From Saccostrea cucullata (Eukaryota), in NCBI RefSeq assembly GCF_032062105.1, contig NW_026936751.1:372001-436000 (forward strand): DNA of 64,000 nucleotides. The letters run 5' to 3'. Of the stretch, positions 56,301-64,000 are shown in pieces. A program made the translations under genes and the position numbers. The notes under the pieces were generated by a model. That model made no database searches. It saw nothing but the letters and a program-made list of their open reading frames with translations, and was not told where the DNA came from. Position 1 is the stretch's first letter. Every line of letters starts with the position of its first letter.

Positions 56301-56819
56301 CCCCCCGACAAAGCGGTTTACATGTATTCGTGTTTGTCTATTTTTTTTTTTTAAATATAACATCTAATCCTACGTATAGGCCTATACATAAAACACTTTC
56401 TTTGAATAGCAACAACAGTTTAATCTCCTTTGACTCAACATTAGAATCCATTATAAAAATTTTCTTTGAGTCTGTTAAAGTGATATTTAGTTTAGTTTAT
56501 TTATAAGTTCAGACTAACTTAAATTAAAAAGGTCTTTCTGTTTGTTTTCATTGATATCACAGATTTAAAACAATAACCGATTCATTTCCGACTCGGATAT
56601 AAATATCAAACAAAGTTTAAAGTCAATTTAACTAATAGAAACGTAGGGATATTTAAGTTCAAAAATAGGTAAAAATTTGAATTTGAACTTAAATAACAAA
56701 TATCATGTAAATCTATGCTTAATCTCGTATTTTTATTTATTTTTTTTTTAAAGCTCAGATACGCCATGTATAGCTTTAAAAATGAATTAAAGATGCCCTC
56801 AAAGATATCAATATTTTTT

Positions 56820-57312
56820 TTTTATATTTTGACCTTGACCTGTACTTTTGACCCTCTCTCTTGAACAATTAGTATTAGGGCCTTCACATTTGAAAGATAT
56901 ATTCCTTGTGACAAGACCTTTGTATACCAACAATTCGACATTGGAGTTTTTCATACTTTTGACAAACTTAACCTTGTCAACATCTTCGCTGCCTTGGCAA
57001 TAACTTTTGAAGTTGGTGATAGGGCTTCATATGCATATTTCTAATGAAATCCCATGGAAACCATTAAGTCCCACCTTTGATCTTGACTTTGGAAATTGAC
57101 CCACACTTTAAAAAAATTAATCTTGCCCATAACATTTGAATGGTTGGAGCTTGTGCTTTAAAATTTCACAGGTACATTTATTTATTTATTGAGACAAGTT
57201 CTTTCTTTTGGTTAACAACATTTTTCATATTTTGACCTTAAAGTTATGAGCAGCTTTCACCTTCGTCAAAAGCTGCCTTGTGGGGACATGAGTGTTTCAC
57301 AAACACGTCTTT
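56820..57312 (+). mobile_element. Degenerate 5'-truncated family B element
   Basis: ATTCCTTGTGACAAGACCTTT units and 3' end GGGGACATGAGTGTTTCACAAACACGTCTT. Confidence 0.65.
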
Positions 57313-60300
57313 TTTAAGAAATACGTACTTTAAAATTTTTGCTTAAATTTTCAACTATATACAGGTATTCATAAACACAATTTTAAGTCATCTGAAAGTG
57401 TTTATACACCATTGCACCATGCATTCTAAAGGTTTTCCTGGAAAGAATTTATGGTAACCTTTTTTACTGTTTATCTGTGTAATTTGTTAAGTTGCTGTGA
57501 GCACCTGACGTATTTTCAAAATGTCTAAAAGTTCTGATTTTACAATTTTAACAAACTGAGAAAGAAAGAGGAATAGATCTAGGGGTGTTCACTATTTAAT
57601 TCGTCAATGCTATGTAACTCTTGTTTAATTCAAGTAAGAGTGATGACATCCATGCATTTTGAAGCGTTCAGACAGCTCTTCGATATTAGTTCTATACAAA
57701 ACCCCTCATTAGAGGGAGGACATCGATAACACCTACATTCCTGGTGGTAATTCTAAACATAAATTGATTGAGGTTGTTTTCCTCAAACTTACTCATGATT
57801 GCAACCACGAGCCCAATATATATTTTAAACTAATGGACTTCTAAGGCGCGAAAACAAACCGCACGTGGCGGATAGCGGGTTGACACAACCTCCTTTGTCC
57901 CCCCACGTATAGAAACTATTGTGGGTGGTCTAAGTACAGAGTTTTAGTGCAACCCAACTATTATGATATCGGAAATATTAATATTTTTGACTTTGATGAT
58001 GTTGCCTCAAATGCGCATGTGCCTTAAGGCAGTCATTAACAACTGTAATCAGTTATCATTTTATTGCAACAATGAAAGTGGATATGGAGGAACACATACA
58101 AATAGTTGCACAACTCTGCCGTTGGAAATAACCTCGTGTGATTGAACAAAGCTATTATTGACGAAAACCTGAGTATTACTATTGATTAGTGAGTACTATG
58201 TTGTACTTTTCGATATGTACCGAGGTCGTGACTACATTGATACAAGGAAAGTAAAACTAAATTAACTTTCTGATAACTCAATATCACAAAGAACAATAAA
58301 GTAAAATAATCCTTTTAAGCCTTACATTAAACGACATCTCCAGTTTTGCATAAATTTGTATTTTGCAGGGTTATTACGAGTTACGTGATTGACTAGAAAC
58401 CCTTGATTTTGGTCGTCTGCGCCGCAGTAAAGGGCGCGAACTTGGGTCATTTCTGTAGAGAACGGATGAAGGCATCATATTGCTGTAATGTTTATAACTG
58501 TTCTTATTCTTATGGAAATTCTTCATTCATTGTGAAACATAAAATATTGTAAACTCATAAATACCCCGTAAGTGGAGTGACGCAAGGTTTTGCTACAAAC
58601 AACCAGTTTTAATACCGACCACTTCACCCCCTTTATAACCAGAAAGCTTGTGAAGTGGCGCCGTGTCAATCAAGGATAATCTGGACCTGAAAGGCGAAAA
58701 CTCATCAAACGCGAAGGCTTGACACCCGACACGTGACCACAATAAAGGTCCCTTATGTGGTATACCAGTAAATTATGAAATAAACAAGCCGCAAAAATGC
58801 TAAACTTGTAATTTTGAAAGTAGCTGCAGATCTGTAGCTAGCTGGTCTGAACAAATTGGGATGGAAACCAGACAGCTACAGTGCCACCCATAAAAAACAT
58901 ATATTTATTGCGCACAAAAACTTGCTTATGCAATGCCTAACGTTGACCCATATTTTATACCCAATGCAATGAACAAAATGTGTAGGTTTATGTGTATATG
59001 TCTTCGAACACGTCCCGAAAATTTGTTTTCAGGTGATGTGATTAACAGAAAGAAGATAAACACACTGAAGAAAAATAATCTTTATTTGGGAACGTAATAT
59101 AAACAAACAAAATATTGCCGCCGACAATATAAAAATAACCTTTATCAGGTAAAAACAAGTGCAATACAGACAAATGTCGCTAAAATTCAAATAAAATAAA
59201 TACAAGACTGAAGTCATTAGAATTATATATACAAAGTGTTCACCTAGTGTACTAGTATACAGAGTTATGAATATGCTAAATTCATATCGACCCAAATCAA
59301 AAACTTAATCAAGTTTAAGACTTTGGATACTAAAAAAGTTGAACATTAAAAACACTCAAGCAAAATTGTATCTTATGTTCTAGACTAAATACAAATATTT
59401 CATTAAAAAATACAGAGAAAGATTCTGTGCTCTTTTTGACTAACAGGCTGTTAAAATGAACCGCCACTCAAAAAGTTTTAGATCAACAAAATATGTAAAA
59501 CTCATCCCCGGACAGGGAACAGTCATTATCATCTCTAATTCTTTGGTATCCATGGAAACGAACAATTCGATGCATTCAAATTTTCTAAAAATTGGTCCAC
59601 ATAAACCGTTTACAGTCTACAGTTCAATAAATGCATCGAATTGTGCGTTTGTGTAAATATTAACGAGACTTAATGTTTTTATCCACACGTACACTTTACT
59701 TTGCAAACAATGTTGACAATACCATAATCAAATACCATGTAATCAATGACTTAGATATTCACTTTAAAATGGTCTTTATGAATGCACCACACTCCCTTTA
59801 AAGTTACAGTTTAATAAATTCAAATATATGGGCAAAAAATCATAGTATATAAAAATAAATTCTTCACAGATTTTTCAGGTAAAATCAAAACATGGCAGTT
59901 CTGAGAAGAAAAAATATTTACAACACCTAACTTTATGCTGTACATAAAAATAAAATGCTGACTAGAACGCACAATTTATACACAATACAACTAAAATCAC
60001 AAATTAAGCAAACAACAAAACTTTTTATATAAGTCAAAAACTTATTATTTATTTTTCAGTCGGCTTTAAGAAAGACTTTCATTAAGAAAATAAGACATTG
60101 TCTTATGTTAATTTTCAAAGATGATCTATGAATTTTGTAGGGGAAAATAATGATAATGTTTATGTTTTCTTTTATTGTAACTAATGCTTTAGTAAGTGTA
60201 AATAAAAAATAATTTTTTTCCAAGAAATGGAAAGGGATATAAAATGAGAGAAAGAGAGAGAGAGAGACTTAATTTGATGAATGCAGTAAAGCGTATATAA

Positions 60301-61037
60301 ACAATATTTATAAATCCTAAACAAAATATCTCTGGAGCTCTACAGTATATCGATCCAAGAAAATATTTTTCTACAGTACACCTCCAAAACACCGGTTAAG
60401 TATGCCATTTGATAGCAGTGACGTCATACTGTTCTAAGCGTTGTGTTCTACTAAAGTTTCTCACAAACCAGGTACAGGCAAACAAATATACCAATGGATA
60501 TGGATAAAAGCTTGTCTTCAAATTTTCCTTTCCCTTTTCAATACAATATTCTCATTCAAGCCTAATGCAATGTATTTTGTCGTAAAGCAGTTAATTTTGA
60601 GGCGTTTAACAGTCAAACCGGGATATCACGCACACAAAAGGGAAAGGTGAAAAAATACAACAAATGAAAGTTGCTCTACTTTGACAAGAACCATGTTTCC
60701 TGTGATCTGGAATGCAAGAACGTTTGGACTATTCAAAATCCATTGTTGTTGGATGTTATTCCACACCATACGTAAGCCTCTGGATGAACCTGATTAGCTC
60801 ATAAAAAATAAACAAGTCCCTGGACAGGACGTTTCTCTTATTTACAGAATGTACATTCGATGTCTCCATGGCAACAGAGAGCGTCTGTCATTCACTGCCA
60901 CTGGTCTCAGCGGGACTGGCACGAGAACCCTCCCGCCTTGTCTGAAACAGTCAAAATAATCATCATTATCCTCATAGTCATATCGGGAGAGGGGTAACTT
61001 TATTTTTTTCACTTCAAAAATTCAAACATTAACTTTT

Positions 61038-61200
61038 TTAATATACAGTTATAGTATATATCATTGAAGGGGTTAGCAAGATTCCAGTTCCCCAAGACCA
61101 GAACTATTTCCCGAGGCATAGCCGATGGAAATAGGTTTGGTCTTGAGGAACTGGAATCTTGCTAACTCCCTCAATGATATATACTTTAACTGTATATTAA
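61038..61200. mobile_element. 163-bp near-perfect palindromic (foldback) element
   Basis: Arms TTAATATACAGTTATAGTATATATCATTGAAGGGGTTAGCAAGATTCCAGTTCCCCAAGACCA.. and its reverse complement ..TGGTCTTGAGGAACTGGAATCTTGCTAACTCCCTCAATGATATATACTTTAACTGTATATTAA, with few mismatches. Confidence 0.8.
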
Positions 61201-64000
61201 TCTATAAGTTCAAAGCTTTGTTCGCGGGATCATGGAACACATATGGATCAAAGGTTAAATGTCAGATATTTGTGAAATGAAATTCTTAATTTAGTATTAC
61301 AGACAACAGAAGTGTGAAGATGCAATGTTGATTAGCATATTTATATTGGAATTCTAAAATATTCAAGCGCAATGCAAGCAAGCTTCATGATCCCGGGGTC
61401 ATATTCAAGCGCGAATACTTTAATTAAGAAAAGCAAAATATCAATTGAAATGAAAACATTCTGTCAATTTGCTTGCAAACTTTCTAGCATTGAGTTGTGA
61501 TGTAAACTATTCAAATGAACACAGCAGCGCAAATGAGAAAAAGCTCGTAATTTCAACAAATCACAAAAAGAAAAGGCGATAAATAGCCGGAACGAATCCG
61601 GTTTTGTTTGAGGTCGCGTGCAGCCATAGGTGGCCGAGCTCTCGGGAGCTGTGCGTATAATCCATGCACGTTACTTTTTTGTGTCCCCAAGGGGAACATG
61701 CGGGTGTTGCCTCATAACTCTTCTTAAATGAAGGTTAATTCAGTCTATTGTGAGCCTCTAAAGCATGTCCATTGTCGTCCAACAAAATTCAAGAATAAGG
61801 ATATCTCGATCAATTGCTTTTAAAATAGTTTTTGATATTATTTCCTTATTCATAAAACAATTGTTTTTGTTCTTCTATGTACATGTATATATTATTGTAA
61901 AACTTTGTAAATGTTGTATGGCTATTCAGATTTTATGTATGGGAGAGGACTATCTAAGTTTTTGGAACTTGTGTCCAATCCCTTTGACATATTGTCAATA
62001 AAATATGTTCAAAACAATAAATTTTTTTTTTAAATTCCGGATCGAATGTATTTTCCTTTTAAATATGTAAAGCAATATAGTCTTAAACCGCACCTAGCCT
62101 GTTCTTCCTTCCTTCCAATTGAACGTTTAACTCCAAAAAATGTTTAATTTGTTAATCATATTATCAAAGATTGTATAATTTTCAATAGACGGCAACAAGT
62201 GAACAAATATAATTTTAATGTAATCTTCATGTGATGAAGTTGTCGGTGCTTAAAAGTCAAATTTAATGTCGGAATCTTCCGCCCATGAAGGAAACAATTT
62301 AGTAGATAGCCATCACTCTATGTTCTGTTGCACGGCAGGGCGCATTTCATTTCACACCTGACATTTTTATTAATTTTTTTTAGAGTTTGATCAAAGTGTG
62401 CCATGCCTCATAAAATTCTAAATGTTATTAAACCAGGTTACATAAAGGACAAAAACGTAAAATATGACCATAACACCAATCAGCTAAATTTTAATAACTA
62501 ATGCCGACAATTAAGGCAGAAATAAAGCATAATCTGTGTCAAAAATCAACCCAAGTTTGGGTCGTGAGTATTACACAAAGCCACCATTTGGTATAGTCAC
62601 TGACTCTAAAATGGGATAATTTCTTAAACATTTGAAAGAGGAAAAAAAATCTCGCAAATAACCAAAAACATTATAATAATAGTAATAGTTAAAAAATTAA
62701 AATAAAAGCACAAATGTAACCATTTAAGAAGCCTTCTTCACTATTTTGTGCTAAATAAATTGAAACCATCAAAAGGTGAAATGTTTGATAATTTATCGAG
62801 CGCTCCCTATTACAGAAAAACTGTCAGGTTGGGAAATACATTATATTTAACAAAATTAGCTTCCAATGAGATGGGGATTCAAAGAAAGAGATGTTTTTTT
62901 TACAAGATGGGAAAGATGGTAAGTTAATTTTAGTTATTACAAAAAATCGTTGGGTTCATTATGTCTGAGTAATTCTACGACAAAAGGGCCAATCAGTTCG
63001 ATCTCTCCGAAGAATGAACAGTTAATTTCTTTGATCTGAAATTTAAATACAAGTGGTGTTAAAGAATAATGGAAGAACACGGGGAAGAATCCCGTATAAA
63101 GGAACAACAATTATTTTACAGTAACATCTTATTGTTCGCCAATTGTCCTTTGTATCTTTTTCTTTCTTTTTCATTTAACCCCTTTTTATGTTATGAACAT
63201 TTTATCCATTTAAAGTTTTAAGAGTTTCTCATAATATCTTGTCATTAATTAAACGATTAGAAGAAGTTCCTAATTTGAATTGCAAAGTAAATTGTGGAAA
63301 AAATCTCGGAATTTTACATTTTAATTTACATTTTCAGAATAGTTTGACAATACATAACATATGCATATTGATTTATTGAGTTAGATAACATGAGTAAGAA
63401 AATAACTGTGTGAAAACTGAATGCAGTTTAGATTTTCTTTTTAAAGTATATAACGTGTTTTTAGGACAACACTATAGAAGTTACGTTGTGGGATACTGGT
63501 TTCCGCCAAGAACAGTACATGTTCATTCAGCCCTTCATCGTTTATCTGTATATCGATTACTTAATTTTCATCAGCATTTGGATTCTTACGGGTTCGCACC
63601 CGCCCAAGTACATTTCGTATTTTCCTTGTTGAAAATATTGCAAATTAAGGCACAGAAGGCACGCAGTGAAAAGTCGCCGATTGAAAAGCTTAAGGTTGAG
63701 ACTAGAATGAATTCGATATCGCAGTGAAAATCATCTCCAAAATTTACACGTTTGGAAATCCAATAAAAATCCAATAAATCCTTTAAAGAGGCGTCTAGTG
63801 CTAATTGTTTAATACGTCGACATATTTAGTCGATGCCCAAAAGACTGCAGGGATTTTTTTCCTTTAAAAGTGCCCTCAACAATTCTCTGTGGCTGAACTT
63901 TATCCCACTAAGCAATAGCTCACCCAATAATTGTAAACAAAGTGGAAATTAACAGATATTGTGCAGCGAATATGGCTGCTTAATTAATTTTCAATGATTA

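Noticed and set aside
56046-56363. 105-aa minus-strand ORF with an internal acceptor-like site
   Set aside because: No recognisable homology, and the N-terminal half is low-complexity T-rich sequence; it cannot be supported as coding.
63410-63774. Overlapping ORFs on both strands near the window end
   Set aside because: No recognisable domains or consistent splice structure.

Overview
AT-rich eukaryotic genomic DNA, most likely an oyster (Ostreidae). That assignment is inferred from 166-bp Cg170/HindIII-type monomers carried in Helentron-like elements and from Nin-type SINEs. The window holds three protein-coding genes. The 3' part of VIRMA/virilizer lies on + (14 coding exons, stop at 9311-9313). 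A nearly complete DHX38/PRP16 splicing helicase gene lies on - (25 exons identified, 52935 to 10117; the first coding exon was not found) and converges tail-to-tail with VIRMA. A single-coding-exon LRR-FN3-like transmembrane gene (35302-37059, +) is nested antisense in an 11.5-kb DHX38 intron. Introns are filled with non-autonomous Helentron-like elements (several families, heavily nested, carrying satellite-like arrays), TA-flanked MITEs, SINEs and LINE remnants. The most unusual signal is a recurring set of local duplications of exon/intron junctions ('splice-site echoes'): at least five in DHX38 and one in VIRMA. One DHX38 intron is largely built from a 37-bp minisatellite of its own exon end plus donor. 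No prokaryote-type system, CRISPR array or RNA gene is supported. All coordinates were read by eye, and repeat boundaries may be off by a few bases.
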